IMG/VR virus record: IMGVR_UViG_3300037054_000148
Span: 124,001 to 188,000 of that record
DNA: 64,000 bases
Reading direction: 5' to 3' (one strand)
A model generated the notes under the pieces. The model saw only the letters and a program-made list of their open reading frames with translations. It had not been told where the DNA came from and did not search any database. Numbering within the stretch: the stretch's first letter is position 1; each line of letters opens with the position of its first letter. A program made the position numbers and the translations under genes. Shown in pieces: positions 55,970-64,000 of this stretch.

Positions 55970-57198
55970 AATTTCGGCTTGTAGGCAGGGATTTCCAGTC
56001 TTGGAAACACTTCGATTTGAATGTCAACGGATTCACCATCATCGTTGGCAGTTCAAATCGAGGGAAGTCCGCGATTGTCAGATCCCTGCGTGGTATTCTG
56101 AGGAACCAAGTACAAGATGCTTTCATCCGACATGGCCAGAAAGCTGTTGAGCTTAAGCTCGAAGTAGAAAATGGCCCCACGGCTGTCCTGACCAGAGGGA
56201 AGACTACCACCTACAAAGTCAATGGGGAGGACTTCGCTAAGCTGAATGGAGATGTGCCCCAACTGATCAAAGAACTAAAGCTGGGCGAAATCACCATTGG
56301 TTCTGCTAAGTTGGACCCCACATTCGCAGGGCAGTTTGACAGCCAGTTCATGATGAACCTCTCCCCCAGTGAGTTAAACTCTGTGTTCGGTCTGTTCAGC
56401 AATACGGAGCAATTGAACCAAGGTAAAAAGGCCATCAATCTAAATAACGCAGAGATCAACTCTCAGGCTAAGATGCTGGCTCTGGAGGTTCAAGCCGGTC
56501 ATACGAAAATTGCTGAGATTAGCTCCGTGCTAGGGGCATTTGAATCCCTAAAGCCCAGGCACGATGACACGCGACAGAAAATTACCACGGCTCAAACCGT
56601 ACAAACTTTGTTGAATCAAAGAATTGTGCAATGGAGCCGGGTTGTAACTCTGGAAAGCATAAATCGTATCTCTCCCCCGTCTACCCAAAAAGTGACGAAG
56701 GCCCACAAAGTCCACACGCTCCTATCTCACAAGATGCAGACTTCAAGTCGTGTCAGAGTCCTTCGCCAATCCTCCCAGGTAGCCCCACCTTCAACCGAAC
56801 TGGTTTCCCGCTACCTCCGCCTAGGGAAAAGCCTCAGACATGTCCAGAGGCTCCAGGAGCATGTTGCAATCGGCTCTGAGGTGATGGTTGCGGCCAGACC
56901 GATCAAATGGGGGCTGCTGGTTCGACAATGGAGTCTGTGGAAGGAATATTTTCCTCTTCGAAAGCGGCTCGAAGCAGCCCCATCCGTAGAGCGGATGGAT
57001 GTTAGTAAACCGGAGCATGATCTTATGGTTCTCAGGCTTCTAGCTGCATGGCCTAAGATGCGCACTCTCTTGGCTTCGCGCAAGGAGGACGTATCCGTAG
57101 TTAATCGTCAACTAGCCGACCTCCACAATCAGCTTCATGAACTTACCAAAGACACCATCTCGTGCCCGAAATGCGGGTATCAATTCATCAAGGAGTAA
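55966..57198 (+). CDS. SbcC/Rad50-like ABC ATPase, N-terminal half ending in a zinc hook
   Basis: FQSW, IVGSSNRGKSAIVR (Walker A), Q-loop GQFD, coiled coil, terminal CPKCG; no Walker B. Confidence 0.88.
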   Translation: MKFRLVGRDFQSWKHFDLNVNGFTIIVGSSNRGKSAIVRSLRGILRNQVQDAFIRHGQKAVELKLEVENGPTAVLTRGKTTTYKVNGEDFAKLNGDVPQLIKELKLGEITIGSAKLDPTFAGQFDSQFMMNLSPSELNSVFGLFSNTEQLNQGKKAINLNNAEINSQAKMLALEVQAGHTKIAEISSVLGAFESLKPRHDDTRQKITTAQTVQTLLNQRIVQWSRVVTLESINRISPPSTQKVTKAHKVHTLLSHKMQTSSRVRVLRQSSQVAPPSTELVSRYLRLGKSLRHVQRLQEHVAIGSEVMVAARPIKWGLLVRQWSLWKEYFPLRKRLEAAPSVERMDVSKPEHDLMVLRLLAAWPKMRTLLASRKEDVSVVNRQLADLHNQLHELTKDTISCPKCGYQFIKE

Positions 57199-57200
57199 TC

Positions 57201-57482
57201 GTGGCCATAGCCGAAGAAATCCAGGATCTGAACAAACGTATCTCTGGTTTGGAGAAGAAGCAGGAAGAGGTCAAGCGGACCCTAGCCGTTGAAGAGCACA
57301 AACTATCAGAACTCCAGGCACAACTCAAGGACGAGGGGTATGACGTTTCCAAAATGTCTGATGCAGAGATTGAAGCTCTGATGGATAAACTAGCAGAGAG
57401 CATCGAAACTGAGATGGAAAGACTCAAGGGAATCATCGAAGAGGCCGAAAAGCAATATGAGAAGTTCCAAGAGCTTCGATAA
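57201..57482 (+). CDS. Coiled-coil protein (possible middle segment of the split SbcC)
   Basis: Pure heptad protein with AGGAG RBS, directly after the SbcC N-half. Confidence 0.65.
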   Translation: MAIAEEIQDLNKRISGLEKKQEEVKRTLAVEEHKLSELQAQLKDEGYDVSKMSDAEIEALMDKLAESIETEMERLKGIIEEAEKQYEKFQELR

Positions 57483-57490
57483 GGTAGTCT

Positions 57491-57646
57491 ATGTGGCCCG
57501 AACCCCTCCTCCCGGCTTCCTCTTATTACCCCACCCCTCCAATGCGAAGGGTGGAGCCGGTGGTGCGGATTCAACCGCAAAACTTGGGTAAACGGATTCC
57601 TGTTGGAAACAATCAAGTTGGCACCCTCATTGATGTCTACATCTAA
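57491..57646 (+). CDS. Small protein (51 aa) ending GTLIDVYI
   Basis: Own translation: MWPEPLLP..NQVGTLIDVYI; AAGG RBS; fills the gap. Confidence 0.45.
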   Translation: MWPEPLLPASSYYPTPPMRRVEPVVRIQPQNLGKRIPVGNNQVGTLIDVYI

Positions 57647-57683
57647 CCGAATTGGCTAGCTGTTCCATAATGAGGAGAGTCCG

Positions 57684-58310
57684 ATGGAGTTTAAACTTGA
57701 GCCCCAAGCCCTGATCCCTTGGAAGCTAGTGAATAGTAGTCAGTTGCACCAGGATATGGTTCTGGTAGACACAGATTACATGGCCTTGATGTACGATGAA
57801 GGGTTTGATTGGTGCGATGTCTCACTGCCCAACGATAAAGCACTTAAAGTAGTGCGGCTGTTAGAGACCCCGAACCTCGGTCAGAGGTTAGCATTTTTGT
57901 TCAATTGGATCCAGTCGGAGACCCTTAAATCCGAGTGTCTCCGAAATCATATCGGGGCAGTCGTTACGGATGAGGATTTACGTATCCTCGGATCTGGCTT
58001 TAACCGCAAACCCTCATATTTTACCCATTGTGATACGATGGGGTGCGATCCGGAAAGGATTTGTCGTGCCACCTTTCAGCCAGAATTGATGGCACTGAGC
58101 CAGCTAGAGATGGGTGTCAAACCCTTTGCCATGTTTTCTAGTGTGGCACCAAATTTAAGTAGCATTAATCTGTGTGAGCTACATGGAGTATCAATTATTG
58201 TATACTTGGCTTCCCGAAAATTTTCTAAACTAGACACACCAGTTATCAGTTTTAAGACGGTGAAGTCCGGTATTATTTTTCTGAAAGCCACCATGGGAGC
58301 AGCAGAATGA
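57684..58310 (+). CDS. dCMP deaminase-like protein with degenerate zinc site
   Basis: SECLRNHIGAVV..ILGSGFN..HC..GC matches the dCMP deaminase/ComEB fold, but HAE reads QPE and PCxxC reads PNxxS. Confidence 0.7.
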   Translation: MEFKLEPQALIPWKLVNSSQLHQDMVLVDTDYMALMYDEGFDWCDVSLPNDKALKVVRLLETPNLGQRLAFLFNWIQSETLKSECLRNHIGAVVTDEDLRILGSGFNRKPSYFTHCDTMGCDPERICRATFQPELMALSQLEMGVKPFAMFSSVAPNLSSINLCELHGVSIIVYLASRKFSKLDTPVISFKTVKSGIIFLKATMGAAE

Positions 58311-58588
58311 AACTTCTTATCGACCTACGCAGGAAACGAGTCAAAATTGAGTTTGAAGCCACTCAAGATGAGATGGGTCAGCCTGAGTCTCAGGTCAATG
58401 TCGAGGTCAAGACCAATAAGCGGCAGAACAAGCAGATTCTGGACCAGATCCCCGATATCACAGGTAAGCTGCTGTATTATCTGACTATGACTAATGTTGT
58501 CCTTCTTGACTCGACGTATGAGCAGATGGAACGGATGATTGCCAAGGCTTTAGAAAGCGAAAAGTGCAATGACAAAAGACCCGTTTGA
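58307..58588 (+). CDS. Hypothetical protein
   Basis: 93-aa ORF overlapping neighbours. Confidence 0.6.
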   Translation: MKLLIDLRRKRVKIEFEATQDEMGQPESQVNVEVKTNKRQNKQILDQIPDITGKLLYYLTMTNVVLLDSTYEQMERMIAKALESEKCNDKRPV

Positions 58589-58931
58589 GCAAGCGCACAC
58601 CCACATACTAGAACTCTTGGATCATCTTCACGTAGGAGCCAACTCTCCGGTTCTTTTAGGTGAGTTAATTGACCATTTGAGTAATCATTTCATTGACGAG
58701 GAACGTTTGATGAAGGTCTGCAACTACCCTGAACGGGAAAGGCACATCAACGAGCACCTTCTCATCCAGGATTTCATTCTTCCGCTTCTTCCTCGTCTCG
58801 TGTCGGGTAATAACTTACAGGAGGAACTTGATCTGATACGGGAGAGAATGGCTCTTCATATCTCTGCCGATGACGCTAAGCTCATCCAATACGCCAACAC
58901 CTACACCCCGGAGATCCTCGAAGCCCTATGA
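58569..58931 (+). CDS. Bacteriohemerythrin-like protein
   Basis: H..HFIDEERLM..YP..HINEH..HISADD, the complete hemerythrin H..HxxxE..HxxxH..HxxxxD pattern. Confidence 0.88.
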   Translation: MTKDPFEQAHTHILELLDHLHVGANSPVLLGELIDHLSNHFIDEERLMKVCNYPERERHINEHLLIQDFILPLLPRLVSGNNLQEELDLIRERMALHISADDAKLIQYANTYTPEILEAL

Positions 58932-59944
58932 AATTGAAAAGGATAGATGATGAAGTAAATATTGTGTGGATGACAGATATCCATCTTTCAGATCGCGCTC
59001 CAGGGAGGCGTTCAGACGCTTATAGGGAGCAGATTTTTGATAAGATCCGTCAGGTCCGTAAGATATGTGAGGATAACCACGCGATTTGCTTGGTTGGGGG
59101 GGATGTATTCCACATCAAGACTCCCAAATCCCCGGCCAACAGCCTATCCCTGATCCGAGAGGCCATCGAGATATTCAGCGAATTCCCAGGTGGTTGCGTG
59201 TACGGCTGCGTGGGTAATCATGACATCCAGTTTGACCGCATGGACACACTCCCACACCAACCCTTGGGTATTCTGATGGAGGCAGGGGTATACCGGTCCT
59301 TGAACGAGGAATCTCTGATCATCGAGACACGGGAGGAAGCGTTGTTAGACCCCTCTTTCACCATCCAGGTGGATGCGTGGGACTATGCGGAGCCGGGTGA
59401 CACTTATGAGGCTCTGAAACGGTCTGGGGCTCGTCCAGAGGGTATTGACTATCGCCTTGGAGTCGTCCATGCATCTGGGTGCAGCGGGGACACGAAGGTA
59501 TTTGGGGATCAAGTTAGCCTCATTGGCTACAATCAACTTCGAAAGTTGGATTATGACATCCTGCTTTGGGGGCATGATCACACCAGGACTGAGACGGAAC
59601 GCTGCGGCAATATCACCCACATCAACCTGGGGAGTATCGCCCGTGCGGCCCTTTCCCAGGATGAAGCAGATCGACCCGTAAGTGCGGCGCTGCTCAGATT
59701 CACCTCTGAAGGGGCTAAGATAAAAGAAATCCCACTCAACGTGGTGCCGCTTGAACAAGCATTTCGAACAGAGGACAAGCGAGTAATAGATGTGAAGGAT
59801 AGCACTAGCATGAAGGCGTTTTTCTCAGAATTATCAGAGTCGGTGGATGAGATTGAATCGTCAGACCCCATCACTGTGATTGAAGCCCTGTGCAAGAACG
59901 ACCCCACGTTATGTGCTCATGTAAAGGAGAAGTGCAACCTATGA
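58928..59944 (+). CDS. SbcD/Mre11-like metallophosphoesterase nuclease
   Basis: TDIHL, GGDVFH, GNHD, GVVH, GHDH motifs. Confidence 0.9.
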   Translation: MKLKRIDDEVNIVWMTDIHLSDRAPGRRSDAYREQIFDKIRQVRKICEDNHAICLVGGDVFHIKTPKSPANSLSLIREAIEIFSEFPGGCVYGCVGNHDIQFDRMDTLPHQPLGILMEAGVYRSLNEESLIIETREEALLDPSFTIQVDAWDYAEPGDTYEALKRSGARPEGIDYRLGVVHASGCSGDTKVFGDQVSLIGYNQLRKLDYDILLWGHDHTRTETERCGNITHINLGSIARAALSQDEADRPVSAALLRFTSEGAKIKEIPLNVVPLEQAFRTEDKRVIDVKDSTSMKAFFSELSESVDEIESSDPITVIEALCKNDPTLCAHVKEKCNL

Positions 59945-60762
59945 AATCAATTGAAGAAATCTGGCAATCCGAAGAGTCCATGGGGGAAGCCTACAAGGAC
60001 ATTCTTCATCTCTCAAAGTTCGACCGCACGACTGACGCAAGCAAGCTGGTCAACAGACTAGTGGACAATGAGGTTATGATGGTCCAGAATGGCACCCCCC
60101 TCTACTATGACAAGCGGATTTGGATCCTTCAGCACATTCAGGATTTCAACATCGCCACCCAGCTTCTATTGAATTGTCAAGAAGGCTCTGTGCGGTTTGA
60201 CATTGCGAAGCTAGACAATGATACCCAGCAGTGGCAAAGGGATGGTAATTTCGAAGCTTCCCCCTTCGATAAAAAAGCTAAGTTCATGGAGGGTGAGGAT
60301 GAGAAGTCTAAGAAGTTTAACACTATTCTTGCTGGAATTCGTAATCTTAAGATTCTATCGGCGGGGCTGATTGGGTTAAACAGTTTTCGAATCAGCCCCA
60401 TCGGCTCGACCCCAGCATTTGCTGACATGAACAACTTGTCCAACCTTTCTATCATGGGGTTGAGTAACTACGCTGGTTCTGATGTAAGAATCTGGATGTT
60501 GAATCATAAGGCCATCCAAGAGTTTATCCATGTTCGTCAACAGGATGACGGCGGAACCATTGCTGACGGGCTGGTCTACCCGATCTACTCCAAGAGTGGG
60601 GGGGACATCCTCCTTCGTGCGTTGACTAGTCGCTGGGTGGCCTATCAGGCGCTGAGTGAGCGGTTTCGTATTTATGTGGTTCCCAAGTACGACTCCATCC
60701 TCACGGTCGGAGAGGATCTTCCGGAAGGTTTGAAGGAGTTTGTGAGTGAGTTTAAGGGCTGA
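59941..60762 (+). CDS. Hypothetical protein
   Basis: ATG 59941 with AAGGAG RBS; ORF open from 59890. Confidence 0.65.
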   Translation: MKSIEEIWQSEESMGEAYKDILHLSKFDRTTDASKLVNRLVDNEVMMVQNGTPLYYDKRIWILQHIQDFNIATQLLLNCQEGSVRFDIAKLDNDTQQWQRDGNFEASPFDKKAKFMEGEDEKSKKFNTILAGIRNLKILSAGLIGLNSFRISPIGSTPAFADMNNLSNLSIMGLSNYAGSDVRIWMLNHKAIQEFIHVRQQDDGGTIADGLVYPIYSKSGGDILLRALTSRWVAYQALSERFRIYVVPKYDSILTVGEDLPEGLKEFVSEFKG

Positions 60763-60997
60763 TGTCAAAGATAAGCTCCGTGCGCCAGCCAAGGGTGGGT
60801 GGAAAGAAACGATTCAGGGGAAGCCTGATGTCCAGCAATGCGTAATTGAAATCATAGGTGATACCCTAGGACAAGGCATCGTGGATGCGAAAGGTAAACC
60901 CCCTGACAATTTGGTGATCTTCTTGGACCGAATCCTCCAGAAGAAACAACATATAAACGATCTGGATTTGCTTTTGATTTTGAATGAGGTGGAATAA
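60746..60997 (+). CDS. Small hypothetical protein
   Basis: 83-aa ORF whose stop overlaps the thyX start. Confidence 0.5.
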   Translation: MSLRADVKDKLRAPAKGGWKETIQGKPDVQQCVIEIIGDTLGQGIVDAKGKPPDNLVIFLDRILQKKQHINDLDLLLILNEVE

Positions 60998-61617
60998 TGA
61001 AAATAGTGCAGCCAAGTGTAACCCTCTTACACCATACTCCCGAAGCGGAGAAAGTCATTGAACGTGCGGGGAGGGTCTGCTGGAAGTCGGAGGAGAAGAT
61101 TACTGAAGATTCTCACGTGGCCTTTATCAAAATGATTATGGACCCAAGTCGGAAGCATGAATCTGTATTGGAACACGCTTCCGCTGGATTTAGCATCGTA
61201 TGTGACCGTGGGATCAGTCATGAGATCGTTAGGCACCGCATCGCTTCATATTCTCAGGCTTCGACTCGTTACTGCTGCTATGCGAAAGACAAATTCGGTG
61301 GGGAGATTTCCGTCATCTGTCCAAGTGGCATAGAAGAATGCACGAGTGAGCATATTGCGTGGTACGAGGGCTGTTATGAGGCTGAAAAAGCCTATCTAAA
61401 GCTCATTGAACTGAAGGTTTCCCCTCAGAATGCGCGTTCGGTCCTCCCCACATGCCTCGCAACAGAAATCGTCTGGACGGCAAATCTTCGAGAGTGGATG
61501 CATATCCTCTCCCTCAGATCGGCAAAAGCTGCCCATCCCGATATCCGAATTATCATGGAAATGATTAAACCACACCTAGTAAGTATCGCTCCGACAATAT
61601 TTGCAGATTACGTCTAG
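60997..61617 (+). CDS. thyX: FAD-dependent thymidylate synthase
   Basis: AGRVCWKS, HESVLEH, DRGISHEIVRHRIASYSQASTRY (RHRx7S), ARSVLP, ANLREWMH. Confidence 0.95.
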   Translation: MKIVQPSVTLLHHTPEAEKVIERAGRVCWKSEEKITEDSHVAFIKMIMDPSRKHESVLEHASAGFSIVCDRGISHEIVRHRIASYSQASTRYCCYAKDKFGGEISVICPSGIEECTSEHIAWYEGCYEAEKAYLKLIELKVSPQNARSVLPTCLATEIVWTANLREWMHILSLRSAKAAHPDIRIIMEMIKPHLVSIAPTIFADYV

Positions 61618-61663
61618 GAAAGTCTGAAATAACGGTTCCTCTTCTGTATAGAGAGGAACCCCA

Positions 61664-62215
61664 ATGGATTCACATAATACCTATTTCATTGTAGAGGCGT
61701 CACATTTATTTAGAGCCGGTGAGATTCACTCTTCCCAGCTTTACGTCATAGACGTAGTTAGTTATATCGCACGAGAAATTCTGGATGCTCCGATTACCGA
61801 CACTTGGGTTCTATTCGGTTCGACAAAAGAGCAACAGGCTGATAAATATGTTCAGGCCGTAGAGCGAACTGGCGTAAAAGTTGTCCGAATGGTCCCGATT
61901 GATTCGAGAATCATTCCAGGGAACAAGTTTTATAAGCCCTCTACTTACTTACACGACATTTTTGCCACCTTGCCAATTGGATCCCAGGTCTGCTTGGTGG
62001 GGTTTCATAATACTCGGTTTGAAGACCTGCTTCGTAAATATCAGGAGTCATTCAAGATCAGCATTTGTGCGTTCACTACGAAGTCAAAGACGAATAACGA
62101 TATGCGGATTCCAGAGAATTTCACGCCGCTAGTAGAACGAGCCGTTAGTCTGGATGATCATATCTCAGGCATCAAAAACGAGTATAAGCGGTCTAAGCAG
62201 GTTGAAGTCCAGTAA
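61664..62215 (+). CDS. Possible degenerate NYN/PIN-fold protein
   Basis: YFIVEASHLF..VCLVGFHNTRFEDLLRKY..ISICAF follows NYN (LabA/DUF88) topology but lacks the catalytic Asp residues. Confidence 0.4.
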   Translation: MDSHNTYFIVEASHLFRAGEIHSSQLYVIDVVSYIAREILDAPITDTWVLFGSTKEQQADKYVQAVERTGVKVVRMVPIDSRIIPGNKFYKPSTYLHDIFATLPIGSQVCLVGFHNTRFEDLLRKYQESFKISICAFTTKSKTNNDMRIPENFTPLVERAVSLDDHISGIKNEYKRSKQVEVQ

Positions 62216-62260
62216 TAATTAAGTAAGGATCAAACTTTTTGACACTATGTAGAGGATCCG

Positions 62261-62881
62261 ATGAAGTATAGCACTGTAACAGAGGAACAATTAGACGTAC
62301 TCCAGCAGGGATTAGACTTACTGGCACACGTTAATCACGACCTCGTGCCCACCACGCTGTATTTATACGGCCTGTTAAAACCGGGGAGTCCAGTTCTGGC
62401 AAATGTGGCGGAAGCCGCATGGGAAGATAGCTATGCGGGGGAAGCCAAAGAAAACGATATCCGTATTGAGACTGCTGCGGTGGGAATCCGGCTAAGCAGT
62501 GATATTTTGCAGCATATCCTAGGTTCAGGGTATCGTTCTGATGATGACGACTTTCAGTATATGCTGAACGGGGAGATTCATGAGAGCAGTTTTTCTTATA
62601 CAAGCACCAAGCCAATGCTTTCGTTTTCGCAATTCGCAAAGGTGGCCCTGGCTGATGATTCCTACTGGCTCAAAGATTTCCTACAGGCCGAAGGGGCGGT
62701 TTCTGAGCAGCAAAACCCCAGTGTAGTGACTCGAACCACCCCAGCGACCAAGGAACCTCATGGCGGGGCGGAGGAAGCCCTTCACCAGCAACACCCCCAT
62801 CAGTCCTCTCTGAAGCCCATCGTGGGCAACTTGAGTCCTGAGATGATCGAGCAACTGATCTGGAAGAATCGTCTAAAATAA
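62261..62881 (+). CDS. Hypothetical protein
   Basis: 206 aa with GAGG RBS. Confidence 0.65.
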   Translation: MKYSTVTEEQLDVLQQGLDLLAHVNHDLVPTTLYLYGLLKPGSPVLANVAEAAWEDSYAGEAKENDIRIETAAVGIRLSSDILQHILGSGYRSDDDDFQYMLNGEIHESSFSYTSTKPMLSFSQFAKVALADDSYWLKDFLQAEGAVSEQQNPSVVTRTTPATKEPHGGAEEALHQQHPHQSSLKPIVGNLSPEMIEQLIWKNRLK

Positions 62882-62891
62882 AGGAGTTCCG

Positions 62892-63254
62892 ATGAGAGTC
62901 ATGGATGCCCCACCCGCCACCCAGTCGCCAGTTGAGATCCAATTGGTCGTATCATCGGAGTATGAGCAGGCTGTTAGAAAGCCCAACTATATCAAGGTAC
63001 TGTTATGGTTCAGCACCGAACAACCCCGAACCCTCGCCTCTCGGATCCTTAAGACCTCTCCTTTTGATGTGCCGGGGCCAGTTCTTGAATACGTGGCTAT
63101 TCTAAAGCCAGCCGATAAGACATTTGACCTCCTCTGGGCTTTCCTTGAGGATTTCGAAACCCTCAAGGATAGAGGGGTCGTCCCCCCAGATGCCAAGTTG
63201 GGCAATTTTGACTTCATCGAAGAAGATCAACGTTTTCTCGCTTTCGTAATGTAA
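62892..63254 (+). CDS. Hypothetical protein
   Basis: 120 aa with AAGGAG RBS. Confidence 0.65.
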   Translation: MRVMDAPPATQSPVEIQLVVSSEYEQAVRKPNYIKVLLWFSTEQPRTLASRILKTSPFDVPGPVLEYVAILKPADKTFDLLWAFLEDFETLKDRGVVPPDAKLGNFDFIEEDQRFLAFVM

Positions 63255-63270
63255 ATCCTATACAGAACCC

Positions 63271-63299
63271 CCTCCCACCGAGTATAATATGGTAGGAGG
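63271..63299 (+). promoter_or_regulatory. Putative promoter -10 plus RBS motif, copy 2, within a hairpin
   Basis: CCTCCCACC-GAGTATAATAT-GGTAGGAGG; TATAAT lies in the loop and the SD in the 3' arm. Confidence 0.55.
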
Positions 63300-63304
63300 C
63301 TCTG

Positions 63305-63502
63305 ATGAGCAATAGTTCTGCAAATACGGGTGGGGGATGTGTCACAGTTGGATCGGTGGTCGCGGTGATCCTCAGCGCAGCCCTGAACCACTCCTTCTGG
63401 TGGGGTGTGCTTCATTTCTTCTTCGGGTGGCTCTATGTCATTTATGTGGTCCTGTGCCGCTCCCATGAGATCATGCCTGCGCTGAAGGCAATGTTTTCAT
63501 GA
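63305..63502 (+). CDS. Small membrane protein
   Basis: 65 aa with two hydrophobic segments (NHSFWWGVLHFFFGWLYVIY). Confidence 0.75.
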   Translation: MSNSSANTGGGCVTVGSVVAVILSAALNHSFWWGVLHFFFGWLYVIYVVLCRSHEIMPALKAMFS

Positions 63503-63726
63503 CTTTTGATGAAGTCATTCACGATCTGACCAACTGCATGGTCCTACAAGTCACTGAGCTTCAGCGGGGCATCAAAGAGGCAAAGAATTTGGTGCATGTG
63601 CTTGAAACCTGCCCCATTTCTACCAACGAAGCAGAACAGAAAAAGGTGGATGACTTCATTAATCTGTATTCCAGCTATGCCATGGCACTAGAAGCGGCTG
63701 TGGATATCGTAAATCAAAGCAAGTAA
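63499..63726 (+). CDS. Small helical hypothetical protein
   Basis: 75 aa with ATGA overlap. Confidence 0.6.
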   Translation: MTFDEVIHDLTNCMVLQVTELQRGIKEAKNLVHVLETCPISTNEAEQKKVDDFINLYSSYAMALEAAVDIVNQSK

Positions 63727-63737
63727 TCGAGGAAAGC

Positions 63738-64000
63738 ATGGCAGAAGATAAAAGGACATTCGAGGAGGCGGGTAAGGGCCTGATCCTCGATACGAACAAC
63801 GAACTGATTAATGCCCGTCACGCATACTACGCGCTGGCCCAACCCATTATGACCGATGCAGAATATGATCGGCTGGAGCGACAGCTATATGACATGGTGA
63901 AAGGGTTGCCCCAATTCAAGTCGCTGGCCACAGTCCTGACGACTGTTGGATCTGACTTGGTAAACACGGGGGGTCGGATCAAACATCAGACTCCTATGTT
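63738..64000 (+). CDS. ligA: NAD-dependent DNA ligase, N-terminus (3' truncated)
   Basis: Own translation: ..ARHAYYALAQPIMTDAEYDRLERQL..TVGS..IKHQTPM, the LigA Ia-domain motif (YY..P.mtD.eYD). Confidence 0.9.
   Translation, partial: MAEDKRTFEEAGKGLILDTNNELINARHAYYALAQPIMTDAEYDRLERQLYDMVKGLPQFKSLATVLTTVGSDLVNTGGRIKHQTPM

Noticed and set aside
57500-57570. Hairpins including TGCGG-ATTCAA-CCGCA resembling a T-arm
   Set aside because: No acceptor or D-arm context, and the region reads as a small SD-led ORF.
1-64000. Stop-codon reassignment
   Set aside because: Conserved genes are full length under code 11, and TAA, TAG and TGA all terminate genes followed by SD-led starts.
1-64000. CRISPR array, diversity-generating retroelement, integrase or IS element
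   Set aside because: No spaced direct repeats, reverse transcriptase, recombinase or transposase seen; the only tandem repeats are coding (collagen and EAPKD).

Overview
A 64-kb segment of a large tailed dsDNA phage genome (Caudoviricetes, probably jumbo-sized). It uses the standard genetic code, is densely coding, and lies almost entirely on the + strand; the only credible minus-strand genes are two GIY-YIG homing endonucleases. Head genes (probable scaffold, decoration protein, major capsid protein, putative head/internal proteins, terminase large subunit, portal) and tail-fibre/adhesin genes are interleaved with replication, recombination and nucleotide genes: family A DNA polymerase, primase in two pieces, DnaX-like clamp loader, SNF2 helicase, SSB, RuvC, RecA, SbcC in pieces plus SbcD, ThyX and NAD-dependent ligase. 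The features most worth following up are: (1) an ORF-less group I intron 14 nt into the gene upstream of the major capsid protein, next to a free-standing GIY-YIG endonuclease; (2) recurrent K-x-A motifs in head-region proteins that appear to delimit domain cassettes, suggesting protease-processed virion polyproteins; (3) natively split proteins (SbcC cut at its zinc hook with halves 20 kb apart, split primase, an FN3 domain split across two genes); (4) a non-canonical tRNA-like RNA abutted by an antisense endonuclease; (5) two sigma-like factors, a sigma4-like protein and a NusG fusion, together with RBS-sequestering hairpins; (6) an actin-fold ATPase, a hemerythrin and several degenerate pseudo-enzymes. 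All calls come from motif reading by eye; no searches were run. The host cannot be identified from this window.
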